From Oscillatoriales bacterium (GTDB lineage Bacteria > Cyanobacteriota > Cyanobacteriia > Cyanobacteriales > Microcoleaceae), in assembly GCA_043718495.1 (NCBI GenBank), contig JAYSVM010000183.1:1356-65355 (forward strand): a stretch of DNA of 64,000 bases, in the 5' to 3' direction. The first letter of the stretch is position 1. Each line of letters starts with the position of its first letter. The notes under the pieces were generated by a model. The model was not told where the DNA came from, did not search any database, and saw nothing but the letters and a program-made list of their open reading frames with translations. The position numbers and the translations under genes are program-made. Shown one piece after another: positions 10,201 to 19,244 of the stretch.

Positions 10201-13200
10201 CCTGAGTCGGTCTTCTTGTTGCTGGCGCTCCCGTGCTTCTCGTTCCTGCCGCTCCCGCAATTCTTGCTCGCGTCGCTGCCGTTCGGCTTCTTGCTCTTGT
10301 TCGTAATTAGGACGGTGGACGGGAATGTCAATTGTGTCATACTCATAAATTCTGTCTGGATTCGGAATGCCATTGCGGTTAGCAATCCACCAGTAATTCG
10401 TAGCAGAGCCACTGCCCATTGTCGCTGCGGCAATACCGCTGAGAGTATCGCCCCACTTAAGTTTGTAACGCTGCCAATCGTAATATTGACCGTTTGGTGC
10501 CCGTTCCGCGTGCGCCCAAATCTCCGGCGCAACTTTAGTCGGGTCAACCTCTTGCAAAATAGCAGGTTCAGAAGGCTCATCCCCATCGCCAAAAATCTCA
10601 GCCAATTGCCGGAAAGCCTCAATCTGCTCAGGCGTTAAATCTTCTGCATTAAACCGCCCGCCGCCAAACAACCCAAAATCTGGAGTTGCCCCCTTCAAAT
10701 TCACCTCATAACCCAAATCAGCCAAAGATGCGATAGTAACAGCGCTAATCGGCGCATTCCCAGCCTTGCCGCTGAAGTTCAAATCGGCCGTCATCACCTC
10801 ATCTTGGAACAGTGCCTCATTCCAATGGAAACCAGCCGAACCTTTACCCTCAGTTTCCAGAGAAATCGCATCAGTCAAACCGCCCAAATCTTTAAACGCA
10901 TCAACGGCCTTTCCACCGTTATACTGAGCCAGTGGCGTACCCGCATAATCCACCAAACCTTTAGCTTCCCAAAGATTGCCAAAGCCCAAAGCGTGTAAAA
11001 ACTCGTGCTGCACGACGCTGAACAACTTCCCAGAACGCTCCAATTCGGCAATATCCGCAGCATCAAACTGCACTAAAGATTGAGCGGGCAACATGGTTCC
11101 GTAGCGCATGAAATCAATTTTAGTTCGCGCTTGAGTGCCGCTCGCACCGTCAATATTGGCAGTGGAAATCTTGATATTGATATCGTCGATAATCTTGCCG
11201 TCAACCACAGCACTCGGCAACCCTTTGCCAATTAATCCAGCGACACTTTTTGCAGCGGCTTGCATAATCGCCTGTTGCGAAGCACTCAGTGGCGTTTCAT
11301 ATTCCAAATCAATATTAAACGGCTCAGTGGCGGTACTCTCAAATCCAGAGAGAATGTAAGTTGCAGGATTAGCATTGCGTTGGTCAATCTTGACAATCAC
11401 CTCTGCTGGTGCATTGGGTGGCAACTGCAATTTATGACTGCCTTTGCTGAAGGATTGAGTCCCCAATAATTGTCCCGAAGTTGTCAGGTAGCTGACGGAT
11501 AAGTCGCCAGAGAGGACGGAAAACTTAGCACCATTTAAGTAGCGACTGTCAACCCGATAAATATCCGACGGATCGACGCTGCTAACCTGATCGATCACAT
11601 CTTCGGTAGCGGAAGGAATCAGTTGCGTTGCATTAGCAAGATTATTGCTGCCAGAATCGACATTTGTTTGAGGAATTCCAGGGACTGTAACCGCAGGAGG
11701 AGTCGGATCTCCTGGTAACTGCTTGGCACTCGGATGTTGAGAAATGAAGACATCAGTAATGGTTCGCTGTCCGGGTTTAAGCGTGTAAAGTTCCGGTATA
11801 GTTACCTTTGCCAACTGCACCGCAGCCGCCACATTCAGCAAACCAGACCCAGTTTGAGCGTCCCAATTAGGTCGATCGAGGTCTGTAGAAGTACGCTTGA
11901 TTATGTCAATTGCCTGAGTGTAATTCAGCTTAGGATTTGCTGCTAAAACTTGGGCGATCGCATTTGTGACTTCAACAGCAGCAACCTTTGTGCTAGATGT
12001 GCTGTCGCTGCTACCGTTAGCGAGAATATCGAGAGTATTGCCGCTACCCGAATAATCTGCCAATTTAAAGGCATTGGATAGTGCGACGGAATCGTTAAAT
12101 CGTTGAGCCGCACCGACAGTAACTACGTTGTCAACTTCCTTAGATAATAGACCCAGAGCCGACATTGTGCCTGGGTTATCTCCAGCGGGAACAACAACGA
12201 TCACTTTGTTCTGATATGCGTAGGCGATTGCCGCTCGTTCTGCTGCCGTTAGTTCGCTGCGGGGAATCACAGTTCCATCAGGCTGAGTTTGAGTCAGGTT
12301 GATGTTAATATTAACAACGGCATGGGGTTGCTTGGATACTTTAGCTGCATCCACAAATTTAATTAGAGATTCTACCCACTGACTCGAATTATCTTGAGTG
12401 CGAACTACTGGCTGCGACGGGTTATTATTAACTCCATTAACGCTTGTACCGTTGCTTGGATTTGTCGGAACCGCTGCTACTATTGGATTTTTAGAGCTAT
12501 TATCGACACTTGCTGATGGAGATGGATTATTTGTGCTATTTGCTGGTTTTTCCGCTGCGACGATCAAACTTTTTTCCTCAGCCGGATTATTGACAGTCAA
12601 GCCAGTATCAGTGATAAAACCTACCAAAGGGCGATCGGCTTGAGGAAACTCAAACTGTACAGGTTCGATCGCGGGTGGTGCAAGTCGCACCACCATATCT
12701 TCCAGCCGCGAAATCAACGCCGCTGTATTATCCGACACTGGAGTCGATCGAGTTTTATCCCTCAATTTCTCAGTCATGGCTTCTAAACGAGCAATCAAAG
12801 TGCGATCGATCGCATTCTCCTCAACAACATCAGCACCACCCAAATTACTCAAACGTTGTTTAATGCTTTCTAATCGTGCAATCCAATCAGCATTAACATC
12901 ATTACCAGTATTCGTACTGACAACAGGCAAAATTTCATCTTTCACCGGGGTTTCCGTTTGCAAAACTTCCGGTTTAGTTTGTACCTTCTGAGTTGGTGTC
13001 ATCGCAATAACTTCCTTCTCAGTAGCAGATATTGCTGGCAAAATTGCCGTCACCGCTACTTCAGTAACCTTATCCTTTACCTCAGCTACCACCACAGGCT
13101 TAGATTCCTCTTTTACCTTAGTTTCAACTGGCAAAACTCCCGGTTTAGTTTCTACCTTCTGAATTGGTATCGTCGCAACAATCTCCTTATCAGTAACAGA

Positions 13201-15795
13201 CTTGACTGGCAAACTTCCCGTCACGGCTACTTCAGTAACTTTATCTTTTACCTCAGTTACCACCACCGGCTTCGATTCCTCTTTCACCTTGGTTTCGACT
13301 GGCAAAACTTCCGGTTTAGTCTCTACCTTCTGAATTGGTGTTGTCGCTGCAACTTCTGTCTCAGTGGCAGACTTAACTGGCAAAGTTGCTGTCGCCGATA
13401 CTTCAGTAACTTTGTCTTTCACCTCAGTTACTACCGGAGGAACAGGCGTTTTTTCAACTGGTAATTTTTCAGTCGAATCCGCCACAGTATCTTTGCCAGT
13501 AGTTGGTGTAGTTATCGGCTTTGTATCTACCTTGTCGCTTGTCTCAACTTTCGTCGAATCGCCACCATTACTTGCAGAATCTTTGGCTTTGTCATCTGTT
13601 TTTGATGGCGGAATCGAAATGATTACATTTTTGTTTGAATCGTCAGCATCTTTGCCCGTAGTAGGGTTAGGTGATGGAGTTTTTGGAGTCTCTTTATCCG
13701 AAGTTACTGGCTTCAGAATTTCCTTTTCCAAATCATCAAGTAAATCGGATACTTCAGCATCTACCTTTGGTTTTGGTTCCGGGGTAATGTAAGGTTTTGC
13801 ATAAGCAATAACTGCCTTGCCCAAATCAGTTTTCCGCCAATCTTTATCCGGGTTAATCACACTATCCAGCAAAGCTGCTTTTGCCGTCGCACCGCGCACT
13901 TGGAAAATGATATCGTTGTAATCTTTATCACTTCCTGCATCTAAGCGCATATCCTCCATCACAAAGGTATTACCTTCTCCCGTGACATCAGCAATTTGAC
14001 CAAAGTGAAATCCCGCCACAGGATTCGCCATTGCCATAGAAAATAAAGGACGCCCGGCACCGCCAACAGTTGGATTATCAAAAACCGACTTTACACTACC
14101 GTTGGGTATCAACATCACCCCATATTTCCCCCCAGCAGTAACTGCAAAACTCTTGACTCCTAAGTAGACTCCTTCATTGGCATTACTCTCTCCTAAGAAA
14201 CCGGAAAACCGCGCCCCTTCTGTAGCATCATTAATTACTACATGACCTTTCACAGAGTTGCTTAAAGAACGCGAAGCTACTTCTTTGATAAATGCTTCGG
14301 AACCTGCTTCAAATTTTTCCAATCCTGCCAAACTAAAAACAGCCAACTCACCTTGGAAAAACCCACCATCAAATGTATAGTCTACACTGATGCGACCAGT
14401 TTCATCCGTAGTAAATACTCCCGATGTAAAGGGAGAAATTAACTTTTTATCAGTAGTTGGTTCTGGTTCTTTTTTGGTGTCAGTTGTTGGTAGGGCAGGA
14501 GTTGTAGTCTCTTTTTTGGTTTCTTCTGCATTGCTGGTTGCAGTATTTGGTTTGTCCGCTGGTTTGCTGGTATTGAGAGAGGCTACAACAGGTTTATCTG
14601 TTGTTGAAACAGTGCCTGTTTTGGTTTCTTGAGTGGCAAGTGTTTCGCCTGTAAGCGGATCTTTTGTGACAGTTTTTTCGGCAGTGGTTGTTGTTGCGGG
14701 GAGAGTTGTTGCTGGTTTGTCAGTTGTTGTGGAAGTAGTTATAATTGGTTTTTCGGTTGTTATTGATGCTGTAGCTGGAAGAGTTGTTGCAGGTTTTTCG
14801 GTTGTTGTGGAAGTGGTTGTTTCTAGTTTTTCGGTTGTTGTGGAAACCGCAGATGTTGTGGAAGTGGTTGTAACTGGTTTTTCGGTTGTTGTGGAAGTAG
14901 TTATAACTGGTTTTTCGGTTGTTGTGGAAACCGCAGGTGTTGTGGAAGTAGTTGTAACTGGTTTGTCGGTTGTTGTGGAAGCCGCAGTTGTAACTGGTTT
15001 TTCGGTTGTGGAAGTAGTTGTAACTGGTTTGTCGGTAGTTGCGGAAACCGCAGATGTTGTGGAAGTTGTTGTTGCTGGTTTGTCAGTTGTTGCAGAAGTG
15101 GTTGTAACTGGTTTTTCGGTAGTTGCGGAAACCGCAGATGTTGTGGAAGTTGTTGTTGCTGGTTTGTCAGTTGTTGTGGAAGTGGTTGCAACTGGTTTTT
15201 CGGTTGTTGTGGAAACCGCAGATGTTGTGGAAGTTGTTGTTGCTGGTTTTTCGGTTGTTGTAGAAGTGGTTGTAACTGGTTTTTCAGTGGCAGATGTTGT
15301 GGCTGTGACAGTTATTGCTGGTTTGTCGGTAGCTGAGACTTTATCTGCTGTGACAGCATTTTCTACAACCAAAGTTCCTGTGACTGCATCTCTGCTTACT
15401 GCTGGTTTTTCCGAAGTGCTGCTAACTGATAAAATTGCGGTAGTTGAAGGAGATGTTGTCTCTACTTTTGTACCTGTGATGGTGTCGGTATCGGCTGTTT
15501 TGGGAGAGCTTACTTGTGCTAAATTTAGGGTGTATTTGATGTCGCCGCCGATCGGCAAAACTTGGATGGTATATCCCTCTGCTGCTAAGTCTTCTATGCT
15601 GGAAGACCTCTTGACTACTACACTGGCTTTATTGAGTACGGATATCTCGGCATTCCCACTCAACCCGTTGAGGGGAATTTGGAAGCTTCCCGGACTATTG
15701 ATGTTAAATTTGTACAGATTGTCGATATCTGTAGTACCAACACTACCTTTGTAGGTTGTGCTGTCAGTGAATCCCCCGATGTTAAGTTCAGTCAT
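7267..15795 (-). CDS. Giant 2842-aa multidomain protein. Contains PPC-like x3, Thr/Pro-rich array, DUF4114-like, degenerate subtilase-like, leishmanolysin-like HExxH metalloprotease, LysM, Glu/Arg coiled coil and an uncharacterised C-terminal module.
   Basis: One uninterrupted ORF with AGGGG 8 nt upstream of the ATG. Motifs read from the translation: DIDNLYKFNI, DPSDIYRVD and DDYYRFTL (PPC-like); DKDYNDIIFQVRG (DUF4114-like); VVVPAGDNPG...ADYSGSGNTLDILANG (subtilase-like, catalytic triad not evident); VVQHEFLHALGFG (zincin); YKLKWGDTLSGIA...IPNPDRIYEYDTIDIP (LysM). Confidence 0.9.
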   Translation of the reverse strand: MTELNIGGFTDSTTYKGSVGTTDIDNLYKFNINSPGSFQIPLNGLSGNAEISVLNKASVVVKRSSSIEDLAAEGYTIQVLPIGGDIKYTLNLAQVSSPKTADTDTITGTKVETTSPSTTAILSVSSTSEKPAVSRDAVTGTLVVENAVTADKVSATDKPAITVTATTSATEKPVTTTSTTTEKPATTTSTTSAVSTTTEKPVATTSTTTDKPATTTSTTSAVSATTEKPVTTTSATTDKPATTTSTTSAVSATTDKPVTTTSTTEKPVTTAASTTTDKPVTTTSTTPAVSTTTEKPVITTSTTTEKPVTTTSTTSAVSTTTEKLETTTSTTTEKPATTLPATASITTEKPIITTSTTTDKPATTLPATTTTAEKTVTKDPLTGETLATQETKTGTVSTTDKPVVASLNTSKPADKPNTATSNAEETKKETTTPALPTTDTKKEPEPTTDKKLISPFTSGVFTTDETGRISVDYTFDGGFFQGELAVFSLAGLEKFEAGSEAFIKEVASRSLSNSVKGHVVINDATEGARFSGFLGESNANEGVYLGVKSFAVTAGGKYGVMLIPNGSVKSVFDNPTVGGAGRPLFSMAMANPVAGFHFGQIADVTGEGNTFVMEDMRLDAGSDKDYNDIIFQVRGATAKAALLDSVINPDKDWRKTDLGKAVIAYAKPYITPEPKPKVDAEVSDLLDDLEKEILKPVTSDKETPKTPSPNPTTGKDADDSNKNVIISIPPSKTDDKAKDSASNGGDSTKVETSDKVDTKPITTPTTGKDTVADSTEKLPVEKTPVPPVVTEVKDKVTEVSATATLPVKSATETEVAATTPIQKVETKPEVLPVETKVKEESKPVVVTEVKDKVTEVAVTGSLPVKSVTDKEIVATIPIQKVETKPGVLPVETKVKEESKPVVVAEVKDKVTEVAVTAILPAISATEKEVIAMTPTQKVQTKPEVLQTETPVKDEILPVVSTNTGNDVNADWIARLESIKQRLSNLGGADVVEENAIDRTLIARLEAMTEKLRDKTRSTPVSDNTAALISRLEDMVVRLAPPAIEPVQFEFPQADRPLVGFITDTGLTVNNPAEEKSLIVAAEKPANSTNNPSPSASVDNSSKNPIVAAVPTNPSNGTSVNGVNNNPSQPVVRTQDNSSQWVESLIKFVDAAKVSKQPHAVVNININLTQTQPDGTVIPRSELTAAERAAIAYAYQNKVIVVVPAGDNPGTMSALGLLSKEVDNVVTVGAAQRFNDSVALSNAFKLADYSGSGNTLDILANGSSDSTSSTKVAAVEVTNAIAQVLAANPKLNYTQAIDIIKRTSTDLDRPNWDAQTGSGLLNVAAAVQLAKVTIPELYTLKPGQRTITDVFISQHPSAKQLPGDPTPPAVTVPGIPQTNVDSGSNNLANATQLIPSATEDVIDQVSSVDPSDIYRVDSRYLNGAKFSVLSGDLSVSYLTTSGQLLGTQSFSKGSHKLQLPPNAPAEVIVKIDQRNANPATYILSGFESTATEPFNIDLEYETPLSASQQAIMQAAAKSVAGLIGKGLPSAVVDGKIIDDINIKISTANIDGASGTQARTKIDFMRYGTMLPAQSLVQFDAADIAELERSGKLFSVVQHEFLHALGFGNLWEAKGLVDYAGTPLAQYNGGKAVDAFKDLGGLTDAISLETEGKGSAGFHWNEALFQDEVMTADLNFSGKAGNAPISAVTIASLADLGYEVNLKGATPDFGLFGGGRFNAEDLTPEQIEAFRQLAEIFGDGDEPSEPAILQEVDPTKVAPEIWAHAERAPNGQYYDWQRYKLKWGDTLSGIAAATMGSGSATNYWWIANRNGIPNPDRIYEYDTIDIPVHRPNYEQEQEAERQRREQELRERQEREARERQQQEDRLRNDQSEQERLRQDEERRRREAEANQRALEEQARRLAAEQERRRREREEYEREQARLAELRRQAEIARQQGKGGLDWYLAKPMPEFGPVDPFETSLTGETVGNLVPDDYYRFTLSRGGRITAELRKLLADADLVLYDVRNEPIAYSMREGITDEQIIADLIPGTYMLRVNSPKGVTTDYELIVKFQHKLSATQTQPLPPGWRPSGGGNSGGGTRPGVAFADPRIQQIYEVAFNNFSSTEPAKINPEIARLENLKKQYQAEKQEYQNEYDAILARMNGEQRAKIHSLLDSGRSIVLNAIESVNAETVKNIANTINRALDMLGNISLISGPLGSGVLIKLGTDLLKTAINSTQSWLIAQLESVKKKIKDFVWSFTEDLKRNYQTGGEINANIEAKAQQLKNQVDRELANFNINLQQTKGKFLQSLGSLRNLGFGNFNLYDQVAAPIANSIAGQVSQLGQSHANYSKEQINYEKLTQQRDIANFTSTFLADPTGLFFNKIHKVEEQLQEIEEQIRQQKEKARLESEKKARLESEEKVRQIEALLNNPEEKKSVLDALFRRGYQTAEEALNFVKEKLPEVRQQIQQELVKAAAEAQKLAEKTIRNMVDSLLPPGGNDTKTSVSVKDGIGIAGKFGIGGVGVKKAGDKILERDNKNGQVTYYVSQEMLVGITGQVGPDQGLKFDLPGMKADIKKKGEATVTGEVNFALGVKYQFNPETPGDMFKLATLLFSDYIVEGILPPQQGLVVNDMVNRLLVQNLHSVKPAVGLEVEGKVNTPIFQAALKAGIKGSVTMEQNLPKHEWSLEASLAGNVELGYILGWTAGGEGKITASVKKDAISNHIDEVSIEIAFAGANSLSDLGLLLDKYSPKQLSTAIIRAAETEIERASLFNKKMQGYKVKFTLTNPGETFAPLSSIIKQLETGEQPNFSMIRDLVNTISSFNENKEVDVWAIESDELALKIEGTVVAVGAEISASVTSATERQIG
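12930..13450. repeat. Intragenic tandem repeat, 3 x 171 nt (57-aa Lys/Glu/Val/Thr/Pro units) inside the giant gene
   Basis: ACCACCACAGGCTTAGATTCCTC at 13088 recurs as ACCACCACCGGCTTCGATTCCTC at 13259, an offset of 171 nt. The protein units read PVVVTEVKDKVTEV...KVETKPEVLPVETKVKEESK, three times. Confidence 0.85.
14640..15310. repeat. Intragenic tandem array of about 84-nt period encoding TTSTTTEKPATTTSTTSAVS-type mucin-like units
   Basis: Repeated GGTTGTAACTGGTTTTTCGGTTGTTGTGGAAACCGCAGATGTTGTGGAAGT blocks. The protein shows at least 7 Thr/Ser/Pro units. Confidence 0.85.
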
Positions 15796-15971
15796 TGGTA
15801 CCCCTGAAAAGTAGTTGCTTTAAATTGCTCTTACATACTTATCTGGAGGGGCTTGAGGCTTTTATGCAAAACCCGGAATATTGTTACATTTCGTTACATT
15901 AGGGTTGCCTGATCGCCCTTCCCATACCAGCCACCAGCATTTAACATACGTGGTTCAGTTGCTTAAAATCA

Positions 15972-16000
15972 TTGTGGGACAAGCATCCTGCCCACCAAAG
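15972..16000. repeat. Palindromic GGCAAGATGCC-family element (variant TTGTGGGACAAGCATCCTGCCCACCAAAG)
   Basis: Same family as 19749-19810, 42958-43023, 58478-58505 and 60059-60090. Confidence 0.6.
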
Positions 16001-16136
16001 GCTGTTATGCAAATACAGAAAATCTTAGTTGCGCTTCGATGTTGAAGCTACCTTGCGATGATCCGCGATCGCCCTACAAATACGATCGCCCCAGACAATC
16101 CCTGATCACTTACAATAAATAAGCAATTATTATACT

Positions 16137-17276
16137 TTGAGTTATCCTGTGAGTCCTACTGCCGAAGTCAGCAATAACCTGAATACGGGTGTTCTACCAA
16201 CCGTTACCGTAGCCCGCCGCGCTATTTTCCCCTTCACTGCGATTGTGGGCCAGGAAGAGATGAAACTGGCGCTGCTATTGAATGTCATCGATCCGAAAAT
16301 TGGTGGCGTGATGATTATGGGCGATCGAGGTACTGGCAAATCTACCACAATCCGCGCCCTCGCCGACTTGCTGCCGGAAATTGAGGTGGTAGCAGACGAT
16401 CCTTTTAACAGCCATCCCAGCGATCCAGATTTGATGAGTGATGAGGTGCGCGATTCCCTACGGGATAGCTCCGCTTCACGCACTTTAGCTCAAACTGACA
16501 TTAAAATCGCCCGCAAAAAAGTCCAAATGGTAGATTTACCCTTGGGCGCGACCGAAGACCGAGTTTGCGGTACGATCGACATTGAGAAAGCTTTGTCCGA
16601 AGGTGTGAAAGCTTTTGAACCAGGTCTTTTAGCTAAAGCCAACCGTGGCATTCTTTACGTCGATGAAGTCAATTTGCTCGACGATCATTTAGTCGATGTT
16701 TTGCTTGACTCCGCCGCCAGCGGTTGGAATACTGTAGAACGAGAAGGCATTTCCATCCGCCACCCAGCTAAGTTTATTCTAATCGGTTCCGGCAACCCAG
16801 AAGAAGGAGAATTGCGGCCGCAATTGCTCGATAGATTCGGGATGCACGCCGAAATTCGGACTGTAAAAGACCCGAATTTAAGAGTGGAAATTGTCGAACA
16901 GCGATCGAGTTTTGACGAAAATCCGGCTGAGTTTATGTCGAAATACCAGCGCGAACAAGATGATATGCAGGAGAAGTTGGTGGAAGCCCAGGAAAGGCTG
17001 AAATCGGTAAAGCTCGATCGGGATTTGCGAGTAAAAATCTCCCAAGTTTGCGCCGAATTAGACGTAGACGGACTGCGAGGCGATTTGGTCACAAACCGGG
17101 CCGCGAAAGCTTTGACCGCCTTAGAATGTCGCACAGAGGTCACAGTGAACGATATTCGCCGGGTGATGACCCTGTGTTTGCGTCACCGATTGCGGAAAGA
17201 TCCGCTAGAATCAATAGATTCGGGTTCTAAAGTGACCAAAGTGTTCGATCGGGTATTCGGCATAGAAACCAGTTGA
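16137..17276 (+). CDS. chlI: Magnesium chelatase ATPase subunit I
   Basis: [74 protein letters not shown] and [16 protein letters not shown] are hallmark ChlI/BchI sequences. The start is non-ATG (TTG at 16137, or GTG at 16149). Confidence 0.95.
   Translation: MSYPVSPTAEVSNNLNTGVLPTVTVARRAIFPFTAIVGQEEMKLALLLNVIDPKIGGVMIMGDRGTGKSTTIRALADLLPEIEVVADDPFNSHPSDPDLMSDEVRDSLRDSSASRTLAQTDIKIARKKVQMVDLPLGATEDRVCGTIDIEKALSEGVKAFEPGLLAKANRGILYVDEVNLLDDHLVDVLLDSAASGWNTVEREGISIRHPAKFILIGSGNPEEGELRPQLLDRFGMHAEIRTVKDPNLRVEIVEQRSSFDENPAEFMSKYQREQDDMQEKLVEAQERLKSVKLDRDLRVKISQVCAELDVDGLRGDLVTNRAAKALTALECRTEVTVNDIRRVMTLCLRHRLRKDPLESIDSGSKVTKVFDRVFGIETS
16450..16482 (+). repeat. 33-nt element GCGATTCCCTACGGGATAGCTCCGCTTCACGCA embedded in frame in chlI (encodes [10 protein letters not shown])
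   Basis: A near-identical copy (31/33) lies at 18250-18282 inside the ECF sigma gene, read in the same frame. Confidence 0.8.
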
Positions 17277-17309
17277 TAATAAGCGAGATATTGCACCATT
17301 CTCAATAAG

Positions 17310-17378
17310 CTGTAGGGGCGGGTTCGCCAAGGATCTTAAAGCTTGCAAACAGGCTAGATAAACCCGCCCGACCCCACG
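17310..17378. repeat. MITE-like element CTGTAGGGGCGGGTTCGCCAA...ATAAACCCGCCC
   Basis: Family copies at 50236-50297 (inverted orientation) and 56736-56887 (two copies, head to head). Confidence 0.75.
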
Positions 17379-17512
17379 CAAAATCCCCTTATTGACATTG
17401 CTGCAAGATCTCAGTAATTCCGAACTATTTTATTTAGGAAATAAGTACATCAGTCATCAGCGTGTAGAAATCAAACTAAAAATTAATGACCGTAACTGAT
17501 GACTAATCGCCC

Positions 17513-18043
17513 ATGAAAAAGATAATTCTAGGATTAGATCCCGGCTTAGCAAGCCTCGGATACGGCGCAATTTCCTGTAACATTGTCGGAAAACTAGATC
17601 AAAACTCTGTTTCCATGATTGATTGCGGCGTGATTAAAACAACTCCAAAACAAGAAATGGGACAGCGCCTCAAAACAATTTACGAAGATTTGCACGCCGT
17701 AATTGAACAAATAAAACCAGATATAGCCATAGCCGAAAAACTGTTCTTTTACAAAATGGGAAATACGATACTTGTAGCGCAAGCGCGGGGAGTTTTGATA
17801 TTAGTATTAGCGCAGTGTGGAGTGCCGCTGTTTGAGTTTACCCCGGCCCAAATTAAAAAAGCTTTAACTGGGCGCGGGAATGCTGACAAATCCGAAGTGC
17901 AAGAAGCCGTAGCGCGGGAGTTGGAGTTGGGTTATATTCCGAAACCGGATGATGCGGCGGATGCTTTAGCTGTAGCTTTAACTGGTTGGTATGATGATGA
18001 TATTTGTCCGAAAAAAATAGAATTGGAAACTGTAATGATTTAA
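17513..18043 (+). CDS. ruvC: Crossover junction endodeoxyribonuclease RuvC
   Basis: [18 protein letters not shown] (catalytic Asp), AIAEKLFF and [12 protein letters not shown] motifs. Length 176 aa. Confidence 0.9.
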   Translation: MKKIILGLDPGLASLGYGAISCNIVGKLDQNSVSMIDCGVIKTTPKQEMGQRLKTIYEDLHAVIEQIKPDIAIAEKLFFYKMGNTILVAQARGVLILVLAQCGVPLFEFTPAQIKKALTGRGNADKSEVQEAVARELELGYIPKPDDAADALAVALTGWYDDDICPKKIELETVMI

Positions 18044-18119
18044 TACTGACGCACCCTACAGTTTTACGTCTCAAGCGGATTCATGCTCAAAATAATATTT
18101 TAAACAAATTGAACCTTTT

Positions 18120-18791
18120 TTGAACTTGTCCTGTCTAAACCCTTCAGATAACGAACTGGTGAGGGAGACTTCACAGGTGTTAGGTGTGTTAGCCAATGTT
18201 TTAATCGATGACTGTTCCGACTCAGACTTAGTTGATCAATGCTTAAAGGGCGATTCCCTACGGGATAGCTTTGCTTCACGCATTTGCTTTCGTCACCTTT
18301 ACCAACGCTACCAACACAAAGTCAGGTCAACCCTTTACCAACTCTGCGGCCCATCACTTCTTGATGACTTAGCACAAGAAGTATTCCTGCGAGTGTGGAA
18401 AGGATTGCCGAAACTCAAGCAACAAGATAACTTTTCTACTTGGCTTTATCGAATCACTTGGAATGTGGCTTCTGACCAAAGACAAGCGTTTGCAAAACAG
18501 CATTCTTTTGATTCCAAACTCAAAAGCCAAGTAGAAATGAATCAGGTTGTCACCAAAAATCATACCTCAGATTTGATGCAGTTGCACTATCAAGATTTAG
18601 TGCAGCGGGGATTGGATCAATTGAGCTTTGAACACCGCAGCGTTTTAGTGCTACACGACCTAGAAGACATTCCACAAAAAGAAGTAGCTCAAATTTTAGG
18701 ACTTCCAGCAGGAACTGTGAAATCTCGCGTGTTTTACGCCCGAAATGCGGTGCGGCAATTTTTGCAAAAAGAAGGTGTGCGAGAGCTATGA
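18120..18791 (+). CDS. ECF-type RNA polymerase sigma factor
   Basis: Region 2 (LAQEVFLRVWKGLPKLK...FSTWLYRITWNVASD) and region 4 (SVLVLHDLEDIPQKEVAQILGLPAGTVKSRVFYAR). TTG start. Confidence 0.85.
   Translation: MNLSCLNPSDNELVRETSQVLGVLANVLIDDCSDSDLVDQCLKGDSLRDSFASRICFRHLYQRYQHKVRSTLYQLCGPSLLDDLAQEVFLRVWKGLPKLKQQDNFSTWLYRITWNVASDQRQAFAKQHSFDSKLKSQVEMNQVVTKNHTSDLMQLHYQDLVQRGLDQLSFEHRSVLVLHDLEDIPQKEVAQILGLPAGTVKSRVFYARNAVRQFLQKEGVREL
18250..18282 (+). repeat. Second copy of the 33-nt in-frame element (encodes DSLRDSFASR) inside the ECF sigma gene
   Basis: GCGATTCCCTACGGGATAGCTTTGCTTCACGCA. It sits between KGD and CFRHLYQRY, the stretch where ECF sigmas usually read Gd..aF..LY.rY. Confidence 0.8.
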
Positions 18792-19225
18792 ATAACCAAA
18801 ATAGCGATGAAAAGCTAGTTAATTTCTTGAAGCAATATCGCCCAAATCTTTCTGAAGCTGCGCCAGATTTAGAGGTGAAACTTTTAGCAGCAATAGACAG
18901 GAATGAGGAGGCAGCCAAAAAGCAAGATTACTGGGAAAAAGTGTGTTTAATGGTATCTAATAATAGATTGATTATTCCCGGTTTTCGACAGTGGGCTTTC
19001 CCTCCTACAATTGTAGCAATGCTGATAGTTTTCTGGTCTGGCTATCCCCTCCTAGTCCCTGGACAATTTAACCCGGATGAGGGGGCGCACCTAGAAGCAT
19101 TTCTAGTAAATAATTGGGAGGATGTATTGCATGATTCTCGCGTAGAGAATATGAGCGAGATATCACAAACAGACTTGTTTAATTCCCCGGTTTCTGCTAA
19201 TAGCGAACAACCAACAAATAACTAA
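18788..19225 (+). CDS. Putative membrane anti-sigma factor
   Basis: 4-nt overlap with the sigma gene. One central TM helix (FPPTIVAMLIVFWSGYPLLV). No strong motif. Confidence 0.5.
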   Translation: MNNQNSDEKLVNFLKQYRPNLSEAAPDLEVKLLAAIDRNEEAAKKQDYWEKVCLMVSNNRLIIPGFRQWAFPPTIVAMLIVFWSGYPLLVPGQFNPDEGAHLEAFLVNNWEDVLHDSRVENMSEISQTDLFNSPVSANSEQPTNN

Positions 19226-19244
19226 TCTTAAAGAGGTAACTTTC

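Noticed and set aside
14633-15754. 373-aa plus-strand ORF (Val-rich), with other plus-strand ORFs between 8258 and 13792
   Set aside because: They lie antisense within the 2842-aa gene. Their low-complexity sequence mirrors the Thr/Pro repeats, and the sense frame has clear domain content. They are artefacts of repeat composition.
15882-15900. Direct repeat TTGTTACATTTCGTTACATT about 90 nt upstream of the giant gene, considered as an NtcA site
   Set aside because: On the relevant strand it reads GTAACGAAATGTAA, which gives GTA-N8-TAA rather than GTA-N8-TAC. This is insufficient to call NtcA. It may still be a phased activator site.
16450-18282. The exact 1800-nt spacing between the two 33-nt in-frame elements, considered as evidence of a larger duplicated segment
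   Set aside because: The flanking sequences beyond the 33 nt are unrelated (chlI versus the sigma gene), so the round-number spacing appears coincidental.
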